Notes: a model not told the origin generated them from the sequence alone. A DNA stretch of 37,070 bases from Ignisphaera sp. (GCA_038889075.1 JAWAHS010000001.1:409069-446138), one strand, 5' to 3'; shown: positions 19,595-31,334, counted from the stretch's first letter. Numbers and translations: made by a program.

Positions 19595-20949
19595 AGTGGC
19601 AAATGTCACCATACAGATTGCTGAAGATGAACCTGTTTTTTACTATATCCATTACCGTAGTCTTATTACTGCTTTCAGCACCACCCTATATCAGTTGTAG
19701 AGATGGTTCTTCTAAAGCAATTACTGTAAGGATAGAAGGTGTTATGAGCACCATTGACATCCCAACGGAAGAATACATTAAACAAGCCATAGCACTAGCA
19801 GAGAATAGAGGCGTCCCCCTCCTAATAGTAGTCAATAGCTATGGAGGCTACGTAGATCCGACTATCAATATAGCTAACATGATTCTGGAGGCGAGAACCC
19901 CTGTCATAGGTTTTGTAATGGATAGGGCATTTAGTGCTGCAAGCATACTCATACAACCAATGCACATAGTAGCCAGCGTACCATATGGTGTAATAGGCGC
20001 TGCCCAACCAATAACAATAAACCCTGTAACAGGACAGTATGAATTTATCAACGAAAGTAAAATAATAAATAGCATCATCGCAATGGCAACAAGATATGCT
20101 GAAATTAGAGGAAGAAATTCCACTGCAGTTGAAATGTTCATTAGAAGAAATCTCGTTCTTAGTGGCGAGGAAGCAGTTAAGAATAACGTAATCGATTTTG
20201 TCGCTAATAACCTGAACGAACTAATCTCTATTGTAAATGGAAGAACCGTAACACTAACATACAGTGGCATCAAGAGCAACACTACGATAAATATCGATGG
20301 ATTTGAAGAGTTCGCACCACCCTATTATATTCAAGCCTATGCATATCTAAGAGACTCGACAATAAATTCCATACTCTGGTTTATAGGATTCTTTGGTACA
20401 TTCTTGGCTCTATTATCCGGTAGGCTAGATGTTCTTCCATTTACTTTTGTATTCCTCATACTGGCTCTAATAGGCGGAGGTATGAATATAAATGTAGTTT
20501 CGGTAATTCTACTAGCTCTAGGAGCAATACTCATCACCATAGAGATGTTTACACCAGGTTACGGTATAATCGGTATAAGTGGCATAATTGCATTGCTCTT
20601 TGGCTTTCTCCTAATGCCCATAAACCCAGCTACATTCATCCATCCCGGGGTATTTGAAGCTATAAGAAACTTTGTTCTGATTATTGGTGGTGGACTTTCA
20701 GCATTATTCCTATTCATCATGTATAAAGCAATTGAAGCAAAGAAAAAGAGGAAGGCAATAGTATACACGCCTGGGAGTAGAAATATTATTGGAAAAGCTG
20801 TCGAACGTATAGAGCCTGGAAGGAAGGGTTTTGTATTTGTTGAAGGTGAGTACTGGTATGCCGAAAGTGATGAGATTATCGAACCCGGGGAAGAAGTTGT
20901 GGTAATAGATAGGAAAGACTTTACACTAATTGTGAAGAAGAAGAGGTAG
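19591..20949 (+). CDS. nfeD: NfeD/STOPP membrane serine protease (ClpP-like domain + TM bundle + OB fold)
   Basis: NSYGG, AFSAAS, IGAAQP, C-terminal GFVFVEGEYWYA; start overlaps the stomatin stop (GTGA). Confidence 0.92.
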   Translation: MKWQMSPYRLLKMNLFFTISITVVLLLLSAPPYISCRDGSSKAITVRIEGVMSTIDIPTEEYIKQAIALAENRGVPLLIVVNSYGGYVDPTINIANMILEARTPVIGFVMDRAFSAASILIQPMHIVASVPYGVIGAAQPITINPVTGQYEFINESKIINSIIAMATRYAEIRGRNSTAVEMFIRRNLVLSGEEAVKNNVIDFVANNLNELISIVNGRTVTLTYSGIKSNTTINIDGFEEFAPPYYIQAYAYLRDSTINSILWFIGFFGTFLALLSGRLDVLPFTFVFLILALIGGGMNINVVSVILLALGAILITIEMFTPGYGIIGISGIIALLFGFLLMPINPATFIHPGVFEAIRNFVLIIGGGLSALFLFIMYKAIEAKKKRKAIVYTPGSRNIIGKAVERIEPGRKGFVFVEGEYWYAESDEIIEPGEEVVVIDRKDFTLIVKKKR

Positions 20950-21002
20950 TTAAAAAATAAACTAGTTATAAACTATACATGCCAGACTATGGCTCACCGT
21001 CC

Positions 21003-21716
21003 CTATACTTCCTCTTCAACCTCCTCATATGCGACCATAGGCTTTGCAGAAACCCTATCTCTAATTGCATTAACCATTTTCAGCGCTTCATCGATGCCCA
21101 CATGCCTTGCACTTTGGATAACGGTAGCTAGGACGTTCTTCAAAACATCCTCAATGCTACTACCAGCTGGTATCTCAAGCCTTATCCTTTCAAATATTGC
21201 TGGTGTTGGTTCTACAACGCTCCCTCTCTTGAGTATAGCTAGCGTTTCATTAACTGGAGTTACTATAGCAGCTCCAACCTCTCTGCCATCTAAAGTGACT
21301 GAAAACACTATATCGCCATCAAATGTTTCACCAAGTTTTACTAGATTGTATGCTACTGCTGCAACTGCAACCTCTGCTGCTTTGGATACTAATTGCTTAA
21401 CAATAGAATCTACCTGTTCCTGGGCAACCCTTTTAAACGCTTCAACACTTAGACTATCCCATTTCCACACAACATTTTTACCAACTTCATCTATTTCATA
21501 ATCTACTCTAATCCTTACAACATCACCCTTATCGATCTTTACCTGCTCAACAAGAATTGAATATAGAAGCCTATTCAGCTGTGCTACTGCAAATGCTATC
21601 CTCTGTCCCCACTCTCTATCCTTTTTTACATAATCTCTCAATTGAGCAAATAATGTACGTCTAATCTTATCTGCATAAGCTCCAGCTATCACTAGCCCTG
21701 AACTTAGTCTAGGCAT
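21003..21716 (-). CDS. DUF2258 ThermoDBP-related nucleic-acid-binding protein
   Basis: LSSGLVIAGAYADKIRRTLFAQ, KGDVVRIRVDY. Confidence 0.9.
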   Translation of the reverse strand: MPRLSSGLVIAGAYADKIRRTLFAQLRDYVKKDREWGQRIAFAVAQLNRLLYSILVEQVKIDKGDVVRIRVDYEIDEVGKNVVWKWDSLSVEAFKRVAQEQVDSIVKQLVSKAAEVAVAAVAYNLVKLGETFDGDIVFSVTLDGREVGAAIVTPVNETLAILKRGSVVEPTPAIFERIRLEIPAGSSIEDVLKNVLATVIQSARHVGIDEALKMVNAIRDRVSAKPMVAYEEVEEEV

Positions 21717-21913
21717 AGGGATACCCAAGTGGTATCTCTCCTAAGCAGAGTAGATAAATTTAACTATCGGCAACACGTTGTATATTGAATAACCTGTTGA
21801 ACCAATGCTAATAGATGTAACGATTAAAACTTAGGATTCTATATGCTGAGCCAACAACTAGACAAAAAGAGAGAATATATGTAGAAGATTTTCAACATAA
21901 AGTATTTAACTAA

Positions 21914-23311
<1,398 letters not shown>

Positions 23312-23313
23312 AT

Positions 23314-23532
23314 GTGACGAAAATGGCTATAGAGCTTACGCTTGTTGATGTATATAGATATGAGGGTTTGCCGGGCAAGAGATTTAGATTTAGGGTAAAG
23401 GGAACAAGGATATATATCAATGTATTAGCAGACGAACTAGATGAGGCTGTAAAGAAGGCTGAGAATATCATAAAGAAGATAGAGCTGGATAAATATCTAA
23501 TCGAAAAAGCATCCTCTACGGAAAAGAAATAG
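23314..23532 (+). CDS. Small hypothetical protein
   Basis: Tightly packed after the aminotransferase; alpha/beta composition. Confidence 0.75.
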   Translation: MTKMAIELTLVDVYRYEGLPGKRFRFRVKGTRIYINVLADELDEAVKKAENIIKKIELDKYLIEKASSTEKK

Positions 23533-23538
23533 CTGGAG

Positions 23539-23796
23539 ATGGACATGGGAGACAAAAAGTTTACATGCCCCATCTGTAGCCGTGTATTCTACGAAGGACA
23601 AGGTATTAGAATTACAATTGGTGGTCAGGAACTTACATTCCATTCTAAGTCATGTGCAATAAAATTCTTCAAAAGCCTGATCCTCTACTTGGATCAGAAA
23701 ACCCTCGAAAGCGCTGTTAAAATGACTATTAAAGAATTCGAAGAAAGAATGAATGATGTAAAAGAAAAGAGAAAAAAGAAGCTCGAAGCTCTATAG
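23539..23796 (+). CDS. TRASH/treble-clef-like zinc-binding protein
   Basis: CPIC...FHSKSC ligands followed by a helical tail. Confidence 0.8.
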   Translation: MDMGDKKFTCPICSRVFYEGQGIRITIGGQELTFHSKSCAIKFFKSLILYLDQKTLESAVKMTIKEFEERMNDVKEKRKKKLEAL

Positions 23797-23809
23797 ACAT
23801 AGTTATTAA

Positions 23810-24268
23810 CTATTGACGTTGCATGTATATGGGACATACAGCACCTACAAATGGTAGTCTATCTATCCTAAACCTATAAACACCATCCTGTTGCGTAACA
23901 GCATTCTCGCCTAACAAATTCCTTAAACTGTTACTTAAGTCTTCAGGCAATCTCCATCCGATACATACCCCATTTGCATTCATCCTACACGAATTACACT
24001 TCCAGATACCCATAGATTCTAAAACTATTGAAAGTGCTTTAATTGTTTTTACATGAGGTGTAAACATTGCTATTCCACTATCTACTGAATTCAGCTTTTC
24101 AATAATACTACTAATTGTCTTTCTAATCTCGATAAGCTCTGCATTTGGAGGAATATCGGCTATAATGGTTGATTGGGTTTGTGTTTGATTTTGATAGTGC
24201 TCAGACGTATGTACCACCAGATACATGCTTGTATTCATAAGAATGAAATAAATTGTAAGTCCTATCAA
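23810..24268 (-). CDS. Hypothetical Cys-motif protein; true start probably internal
   Basis: WKCNSC...C..W...CPIY pattern. Confidence 0.65.
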   Translation of the reverse strand: MIGLTIYFILMNTSMYLVVHTSEHYQNQTQTQSTIIADIPPNAELIEIRKTISSIIEKLNSVDSGIAMFTPHVKTIKALSIVLESMGIWKCNSCRMNANGVCIGWRLPEDLSNSLRNLLGENAVTQQDGVYRFRIDRLPFVGAVCPIYMQRQ

Positions 24269-24301
24269 GTTATTTTCATTAACTGCTTTCCAATGCTACA
24301 A

Positions 24302-24895
24302 TTACCATATGCGATTCTTTTCTATAAATTTAAACACCTTCTCAATTTTATCGTCAGATAGAATTGATAGCCAATCTATTCTATGTCCATAGTAAGCTGG
24401 CTTATCACCAAACAGTATATCTATGGCCTCTCTAGCAACATCGTCCAGACTTCTATTCGATGCATCTATTTCAATAACTGCATCCTCACCCAATTCCTCA
24501 ATAGCATTAATTGTACAGACAGAAAGAAGCTCGGCCTCAACATTCTCTGCAACCTTCTTACTACTCCAACCACGTGACAGCAGTAAATCTAATAATTCGC
24601 TTGGATCCCGCCTTAAGATGAATACTACCTCAAACATCTCACGTGGCAGTATCTCAACGTAGTGGCTATCTATTATTAGAGGTCCCATATTTTGATAGAG
24701 AGCTACCACACTCCTCTGTAGCTTTTCCTCATCTACCACATAGCTTTGTGTTGAAGAATCGTATGCTATTACAAGCATGTTCTTAATAGCATAGTCGCTT
24801 AAGTCAATTGTAGGCATATTCAGATATTCTGAAAGTCTCCTTGCAATAGTTGTTTTCCCCGTTCCTGGAACGCCCGATATTCCTATAGCCTTCAA
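24302..24895 (-). CDS. AK6/Fap7 (hCINAP)-family adenylate kinase
   Basis: P-loop GVPGTGKTT, IIDSH, RGW...ENVEAE. Confidence 0.92.
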   Translation of the reverse strand: MKAIGISGVPGTGKTTIARRLSEYLNMPTIDLSDYAIKNMLVIAYDSSTQSYVVDEEKLQRSVVALYQNMGPLIIDSHYVEILPREMFEVVFILRRDPSELLDLLLSRGWSSKKVAENVEAELLSVCTINAIEELGEDAVIEIDASNRSLDDVAREAIDILFGDKPAYYGHRIDWLSILSDDKIEKVFKFIEKNRIW

Positions 24896-25076
24896 ACCAC
24901 GGCTCCCTTTAGCCTAAATAGCAGTAAAATAGTCTCTACCAACATTTTTAAGGATGCTGGCCCGTAATACCTTTTACAATAAATGACTTTGACTTATAGT
25001 GCCTGCATGTCTACCATTCATAGGTCTAACTCTTTATATGTTGATCTCCTTCCAAACCATAGCTATGGGAATACAG

Positions 25077-25736
25077 ATGGTCGCACTTTCAGATTTCGAA
25101 AAAAGGTGGGCTGGTGGACCAACCGTAGGTGAAAAACTAAAGGACGTCCTTAAGCGTAAGGAGCCTATAAAGCAGAAGCTTGTGATGGCTGATTATAAGA
25201 TAAGAGCTATGGTTAGTAGACTTGAGGTCTTTATAGAGAGACTCAGGGAAAGGGATAGAGTACTATTCGAGAGAGTTGTAGATGCTCTGACACAGGGCGA
25301 TGAAGTAAGAGCCACTATGTATGCCAATGAGATTGCAGAAATTAGAAAGATGGTTAAACAACTAACAATAACACAAGTAGCACTAGAGCAGGTTGCCTTA
25401 AGACTCGATACTGTTATAACTATGGGAGATATAATGTCAGGCCTAGTTCCTGTAGTGGGTGTTGTAAAAGAACTTAGACAGATTATAAAGGGTATAATGC
25501 CTGAGATGTCCCTAGAGCTATCAGAAGTGGAGGAGGGTCTAAGAGATGTTGTTATATCTGCAGGAGAAGCCCTTGGCATGCCAACCGGTGATATGTATGC
25601 CTCACCTGAAGCTAGAAAGATACTAGATGAAGCTAGAATCGTAGCTGAACAGAGGATGAAAGAAAAGTTCCCCGAGCTACCTGTTGTTGGCAGTGTTCAG
25701 CAAAAAGCCTCAGCTCCCGCTACTGGTACAGCTTAA
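25077..25736 (+). CDS. ESCRT-III (Snf7) CdvB paralog, CdvB1/2-like
   Basis: A.MYANEIAEIRK, LEQVALRLDT, EARKILDEA, C-terminal FPELP; no winged-helix extension. Confidence 0.9.
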   Translation: MVALSDFEKRWAGGPTVGEKLKDVLKRKEPIKQKLVMADYKIRAMVSRLEVFIERLRERDRVLFERVVDALTQGDEVRATMYANEIAEIRKMVKQLTITQVALEQVALRLDTVITMGDIMSGLVPVVGVVKELRQIIKGIMPEMSLELSEVEEGLRDVVISAGEALGMPTGDMYASPEARKILDEARIVAEQRMKEKFPELPVVGSVQQKASAPATGTA

Positions 25737-25819
25737 AGGTAATGCTTTAAACCATTTTTATTATAGTTAAACTTTTTAAGTCCTCTTCCTATGATATCTT
25801 ACTCTATGGTGGTTTTTAA

Positions 25820-26101
25820 TTGGCTACATCTAGCCAGCACCTAAAAGCCTTAGGAGCTATTGTAACCTATAGAAAAGGTGGTGCAAGACAGTATGTTGAC
25901 CAAGTACTTGTAAGAGTATTTATAGATGGAGTGGAGGTGGGGTCATTGATTGGTTCAAAAGCTGTAGCTAAGGATGGTCATGGTAATATATACCGAGGTA
26001 GAGTAGTAAAAGTTCACAGCTATAGAAATCCTACTGTTATCGTCAAATTTAAACCAAATATTCCCGGCCAACTCCTAGGGTCACCTGTCGAATTTCTATA
26101 G
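25820..26101 (+). CDS. rpl35ae: 50S ribosomal protein L35Ae (eL33)
   Basis: YRKG..RQY...G.VVKVH....V.VKF.PNIPGQ. Confidence 0.9.
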   Translation: MATSSQHLKALGAIVTYRKGGARQYVDQVLVRVFIDGVEVGSLIGSKAVAKDGHGNIYRGRVVKVHSYRNPTVIVKFKPNIPGQLLGSPVEFL

Positions 26102-26203
26102 CTATCCCTATCACCCTTCCCGAGTAAAATGCTGTTGCAGACTCCCTCCAATATAAACCCGAGTGCATTTCTTAACAGATATGAAATATGGAGATAGCTA
26201 CTT

Positions 26204-26263
26204 TCCTCAGAGTAACTCTGAACTGTCATGTACATTCCTTCTTGCCGGATTGTCATCATCGGC
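26204..26263 (-). ncRNA. Box C/D sRNA candidate; D guide complementary to 23S helix 69
   Basis: C ATGATGA 26259-26253; degenerate D' AGGA and C' TACATGA; guide containing TCAGAGTTAC; D CTGA 26210-26207; intergenic. Confidence 0.7.
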
Positions 26264-26307
26264 TGTGTGCTGTAGAGTATATCTACTCTGAAAACTAATT
26301 AGTATAC

Positions 26308-28131
26308 TTGGGAAAACAGATGGAGTTTGCACTGATTGCACAGACTCTTGATATACTTGAAAAGACTAGTAGCAAAATTCAGCAGGCTACAGCACTAGCT
26401 ATGCTCTTTAAAAAGACCCCGGCTAACATTATTGATAGGGTTGTATACATAATCCTTGGTATTCTATGGCCTGATTGGAAGGGTATGCCTGAACTTGGAA
26501 TAGCTGAAAAAGGTATTCAGAAGGCAATAGCTATGGCTACAGGTGTTCAAGAGACTGAGGTTGAGAAGCTATATAAGAGTCTAGGAGATTACGGTCTTGT
26601 CATAGAGAGAATCAAACTTGGTAGATCCTCTAAAACTGTAGGTTTAATAAGTTTTATAAAGAATGATAGAGCTACTCCATTAAAGGGTTTGACCGTAGAT
26701 GAGGTTTACAATACGCTTGTGAAGATAGCCTCTCTCCAAGGCGAGGGTAGTAGGGATATGAAGCTGAGACTTTTATCAGCTATACTAGCAAAGGCTGAAG
26801 CTAAAGAGGCAAAATACATTGTTAGATTTGTTGAAGGCAGACTTAGACTAGGTGTTGGAGAGGCGACCATCATGGATGGTCTTGCCTCAGCATTTGGTAT
26901 TCCTAGAGATGTTATTGAACGTGCATACAATATATACCCAGATCTAGGAACGGTAGCAAAGATTATCGCTGAAAAGGGTATTTCTGAAGTTAAATACATA
27001 AAGCCTGCACCTGGAATTCCACTAAGACCAATGCTTGCCGAAAGAGCTAGCGATCCTAATGAAATATTGACTAAGGCTGGTTCCCCAGCTATAGCAGAAT
27101 TCAAATATGATGGTGAAAGGGCGCAGATTCATAAGAAAGGAGATAGGGTATGGATATTTTCTAGAAGAATGGAAGAGATAACCCACCAGTATCCAGACGT
27201 TGTGGAAATGGTGCTTAAGCATGTCAATGCATCTGAGGCTATTATAGAGGGTGAGATTATAGCTGTAGATCCTGAAACCGGGGACTTCAGACCATTCCAA
27301 GAGCTTATGCATAGAAAGAGAAAAAAAGATATTCATGAAGCTTTGAAGGAGTACCCGGTCGTTGTAAAGGTATTTGACTGTCTCTATGTCGATGGCTATG
27401 ACCTTACAGTAAGACCGTTAGCTGAGAGAAAGGAGATGCTAAAAAAAATCATTATCGAATCGGAAGAATTCGGTCTGGCTGATGGTATTGTTGTCAATAA
27501 TCCAAAAGAGCTTGAAACATTTTTCCTAAAGGCTGTTGAGAGTGGTTGTGAGGGTCTCGTAGTGAAATCGCTAGGACCTGAATCAGTATATCAGGCTGGA
27601 ACACGGGGTTGGCTATGGATCAAGTATAAGAGAGATTATAAAAGTGAAATGAGCGATTCCGTCGATCTAGTTGTCGTAGGCGCCTTTCATGGTAGAGGTA
27701 AGAGAGCAGGTACCTTTGGAGCCCTTCTACTTGCTGCCTACGATCCTGAATCAGATAGATTTAAGACCGTGTGTAAAGTAGGCACAGGGTTTACAGATGA
27801 AGAGCTCGCTGAATTACCGAAGAAGCTAGAGCCATACAGAATTCCATATAAGCACCAGAGGGTTGATAGCGATATGGAAGCAGATGTATGGTTTGAACCT
27901 GCACTTGTTATGGAGGTTAGCGGTGCTGAACTTACACTATCACCTCTGCATACATGTTGTAAAGGCTGGGTTAAACCAGACGCTGGCATATCAATAAGAT
28001 TCCCTAGATTTATAAGATGGAGAGAGGATAAATCAGCAAACGAAGCAACAACAACGAAGGAAATCTATGAAATGTATTTAAAGCAGATGAAGAAAGTAGA
28101 GAAGGCTGCCATAGTTGGTGAGGAAATGTAG
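26308..28131 (+). CDS. lig: ATP-dependent DNA ligase
   Basis: KYDGER, EGEI, EGLVVK, WIKYK, RFPRF. Confidence 0.98.
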   Translation: MGKQMEFALIAQTLDILEKTSSKIQQATALAMLFKKTPANIIDRVVYIILGILWPDWKGMPELGIAEKGIQKAIAMATGVQETEVEKLYKSLGDYGLVIERIKLGRSSKTVGLISFIKNDRATPLKGLTVDEVYNTLVKIASLQGEGSRDMKLRLLSAILAKAEAKEAKYIVRFVEGRLRLGVGEATIMDGLASAFGIPRDVIERAYNIYPDLGTVAKIIAEKGISEVKYIKPAPGIPLRPMLAERASDPNEILTKAGSPAIAEFKYDGERAQIHKKGDRVWIFSRRMEEITHQYPDVVEMVLKHVNASEAIIEGEIIAVDPETGDFRPFQELMHRKRKKDIHEALKEYPVVVKVFDCLYVDGYDLTVRPLAERKEMLKKIIIESEEFGLADGIVVNNPKELETFFLKAVESGCEGLVVKSLGPESVYQAGTRGWLWIKYKRDYKSEMSDSVDLVVVGAFHGRGKRAGTFGALLLAAYDPESDRFKTVCKVGTGFTDEELAELPKKLEPYRIPYKHQRVDSDMEADVWFEPALVMEVSGAELTLSPLHTCCKGWVKPDAGISIRFPRFIRWREDKSANEATTTKEIYEMYLKQMKKVEKAAIVGEEM

Positions 28132-28179
28132 GTTTATCGGTATCATTAAAGCTAGCATATCAATGTTAGGTATTCCATT

Positions 28180-28237
28180 TCAGATTTGGGGAAAGCTTTT
28201 CAACAGCAAAGCTCTACCATCTCTCCACCAAATCTGA
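28180..28237. repeat. Nested inverted repeat between lig and gatD
   Basis: TCAGATTTGG 28180-28189 / CCAAATCTGA 28228-28237; inner AGCTTT 28194-28199 / AAAGCT 28208-28213. Confidence 0.6.
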
Positions 28238-28343
28238 TTTATGTCCTGCACTAGTTAATTCTATCGAATATTTATATATACTATAATCCTTTGTTAGAAA
28301 GGAGTGGCTTTTAACTATAAAGCTAATATTACTCTATTGCAAT

Positions 28344-29720
28344 ATGGTTACTAGTGTGATAGAGATGAGTGAGCAACTACCAGGCTATAGTGGGAGGACT
28401 AGGGATATTTTAGAAAAGCTTGGTGCTGGTATTGGGTGTAGAATCAGAGTTGTATTGAATGGTAATATATTTATAGAAGGGCTTCTAATGCCAAAACATG
28501 AATTTAGTTCTTCTGATACAATTATTATTAAGCTCGATAATGGTTACAACATTGGTATAAGTATCAATAGGATCCAAAGTATTGAAGTACGTGAATGCAT
28601 CTCTATTTCACGTACTAGCAAAGAATTCCAGATCAGCACCACACCCACACTTCCCATCGTTAGGATACTTGGCTGTGGTGGTACAATAGCTAGCAGAGTA
28701 GAGTATGAAACAGGTGCTGTTAAACCCGCCATGTCTCCATCAGATCTCCTAGATCTTATTCCAGAGCTTGCTGATCTCGCTAACTATGAATTTGAAATTG
28801 TATTCAATATACTGAGTGAGGATATGACTCCAAGGCACTGGGAAACCATTGCGAGAAATGTTCATAAAGCTATCTCCTCAGGTATAGAAGGTATTATAGT
28901 TACGCATGGTACAGACACCATGAGCTTTACAGCATCTGCTCTCGCCTTTGCCCTTAGAAACCTTCCATTTCCAATAGCCCTTGTAGGTTCCCAGAGAAGT
29001 AGCGATAGACCTAGTGCTGATGCTGCCCTCAATCTAATAGCTGCGGTAATAACCACACTTAAAGCGCCATTTGGAGAGGTCGTAGTAGTTATGCACTCAA
29101 CACCATCAGATAGTAGTGCTTTTGCACATAGAGGTGTTAAAGTTAGAAAGATGCATAGTAGTAGAAGAGATGCCTTTCAATCGATAAATGATATACCCTT
29201 GGCTAAGGTGGATCTGAATAAAAAAGAGCTTACACTAATCAACTATAGATACATCCCGAGAGCTAGAAGTAGAAATGAAGTTGCGACATCGATAGGATTT
29301 GATGATAAGATAGCGCTTATCAAAGCCTACCCAGGATTCCAAAGCGAAATAATAGATTTTTTAGTTGATAGAAAATTCCATGGTATAGTTATCGAGGGTA
29401 CCGGCCTCGGACATATAGGTAGCTATGCAATAGAATCTATAAAGAGGGCTGTAGAGGAGGGCATACCCGTGGTTATGACAGTTCAAACCCTCTTTGGAAG
29501 AGTTAATATGAATGTATATACGACTGGCAGAAGATTGCTAGAAGTAGGTGTTATACCCGGGGATGATATGCTACCAGAAACAGCATACGTCAAATTATCA
29601 TGGATAGTTTCACAGACTCGAGATATGAAGAAAGTTAGAGAAATGATGCTGACAAATTATGTAAATGAAATAAACCCTATACACACCTCGCAGCACTTTT
29701 TAAAAACATTGAATGGATAG
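28344..29720 (+). CDS. gatD: Glu-tRNA(Gln) amidotransferase subunit D
   Basis: KLDNGYNIG N-domain, GGTIAS, HGTDT, SQRSSDRP, KMHSSRRDAF. Confidence 0.96.
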   Translation: MVTSVIEMSEQLPGYSGRTRDILEKLGAGIGCRIRVVLNGNIFIEGLLMPKHEFSSSDTIIIKLDNGYNIGISINRIQSIEVRECISISRTSKEFQISTTPTLPIVRILGCGGTIASRVEYETGAVKPAMSPSDLLDLIPELADLANYEFEIVFNILSEDMTPRHWETIARNVHKAISSGIEGIIVTHGTDTMSFTASALAFALRNLPFPIALVGSQRSSDRPSADAALNLIAAVITTLKAPFGEVVVVMHSTPSDSSAFAHRGVKVRKMHSSRRDAFQSINDIPLAKVDLNKKELTLINYRYIPRARSRNEVATSIGFDDKIALIKAYPGFQSEIIDFLVDRKFHGIVIEGTGLGHIGSYAIESIKRAVEEGIPVVMTVQTLFGRVNMNVYTTGRRLLEVGVIPGDDMLPETAYVKLSWIVSQTRDMKKVREMMLTNYVNEINPIHTSQHFLKTLNG

Positions 29721-29789
29721 CCCACGGCACAATTCCCGTAATCTATGCTTATTAACTTACGTAGAGGCACTATTGTTAAGTGATAAATC

Positions 29790-30866
29790 TTGGAAAAAAC
29801 TGTAACACTAATGATAGTACTACTTGTAGCTATCTCCATAGCCTTAATATCACTATTATTTTACCTTAGAAATACGATTGCTCCTCACAGAACTATGGTA
29901 ACACCAACTATTGATGAACTGAGTAAAAAATGCAATAATAGTGAAAACGCCTTTGTTGTAATTTACCGTAGTATTGAACCAAATACACAGCTTTTCAACA
30001 TACTTTCCAATAGCTTAAGCATATCTATAGCTAGAAATAGTAGCAGTGCTATAAACATAAGCCTTAGTCTATGTATACTTAGCTATGCTGATCTAAGCAG
30101 TGCTCTCAGAGATAGACTTGCAGACTATACAACATTTCCAATATTTGGCATGTATAGTACCTCGGCTGATCTGTCTAAAGTTGGGTTAGTTACAGCATAT
30201 TTTGATAATATAGAGAATTTCTTCGTTTCAAAACCTAGTGTAACGCTAGCTACATATGCATATATATACAACTACTATAATGTTCCCATACTCAATAATT
30301 CGGACATATATCTAGAGACCATTAAAATGCCTAAGCTTAATTTGGATACAATGCCGGTTATAGGCTCCATCGATGCCGAGAACTACCTCTTTATCTATGA
30401 GGATGCATGGTGTCCTTATTGTGCAAAATTCTATGTTGAGATTCTTCCAGCTTTAGAGAAATATATAGAGAATGGTGCAGTAGCCTTAGTACCAAAGAAT
30501 TTAATAGTACATTCAGAGGTCAATGACATTCATAGATACATAGTGGCAATGTATCTAGAAAGTAGAAATTCCACACAAGTGTCTCTATTAATTAATGAAA
30601 TCTATCACAGAGTCTACACCAACATCTATCCCACCACCGAAGACGTTCTCCAGATAATGAGGAGCATCCGTGGTTCGATACCTGATGTAAATAAATACAA
30701 TGTTGAAGAAATTATACAGGAAGATGCTAGAGAGGCACAATATGAATATGGAATATATGCTACACCAGGTTTCATAATATGGAATAGAGAAAAAGGTATC
30801 GGAATTATTATACTGGGTTACAGATCAATTGAAACATTTTTAAATTTAATCTCCTCCCTACCTTAG
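29790..30866 (+). CDS. Membrane-anchored DsbA/thioredoxin-fold protein
   Basis: N-terminal TM; WCPYC; GIYATPGF cis-Pro loop. Confidence 0.85.
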   Translation: MEKTVTLMIVLLVAISIALISLLFYLRNTIAPHRTMVTPTIDELSKKCNNSENAFVVIYRSIEPNTQLFNILSNSLSISIARNSSSAINISLSLCILSYADLSSALRDRLADYTTFPIFGMYSTSADLSKVGLVTAYFDNIENFFVSKPSVTLATYAYIYNYYNVPILNNSDIYLETIKMPKLNLDTMPVIGSIDAENYLFIYEDAWCPYCAKFYVEILPALEKYIENGAVALVPKNLIVHSEVNDIHRYIVAMYLESRNSTQVSLLINEIYHRVYTNIYPTTEDVLQIMRSIRGSIPDVNKYNVEEIIQEDAREAQYEYGIYATPGFIIWNREKGIGIIILGYRSIETFLNLISSLP

Positions 30867-31082
30867 ATACAGGGTTCCTACTAAGATAAATAGGTTTAGA
30901 ATAGTATCCACCTCCAGCTTCATATCCAATCCCACACACCCTATTCCATTGCTGGATTCAAAGACTATATTTTACACCAACCTATCATTTAACCCTCAGA
31001 AATAGCTAAATGTATTTTCCTATGACAGTATAGCCTGCGTCGAGGCTAGTTTTCCTCTCAAAATACTTGTAAATAAATGGGC

Positions 31083-31237
31083 TTACTCTTCTTCAACGGT
31101 AATTATTACTTTGATCTTCTTTCCATGGTGTTTCGAAAGCTTGTGTTGATACTCCCTAGGTGGGTAGATGAGGGTACTTCGTATCTGTTTTCACGACTTT
31201 TGCCTCAAGTATATATCGAAGCTAAGCACGCCACCAT
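31083..31237 (-). pseudogene. Frameshifted small TnpB-associated ORF (AbrB/DUF2080-like)
   Basis: Reads YILEAKVVKTDTKY/LIYPPREYQHKLSKHHGKKIKVIITVEEE* across frameshifts; same motif spacing as the ORF at 36944. Confidence 0.75.
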
Positions 31238-31239
31238 AA

Positions 31240-31263
31240 AAATATGATTTATGAATCATATTT
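31240..31263. promoter_or_regulatory. 24-bp near-perfect palindrome, putative operator
   Basis: AAATATGATT-TATG-AATCATATTT between the divergent small ORF and the tnpB remnant. Confidence 0.6.
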
Positions 31264-31334
31264 GTATACCATAAGAGGTTGTTCAGTGTACTCGATGAAT
31301 ACATCTATTCGTTATGATTCGTGGTAAATTGCCC

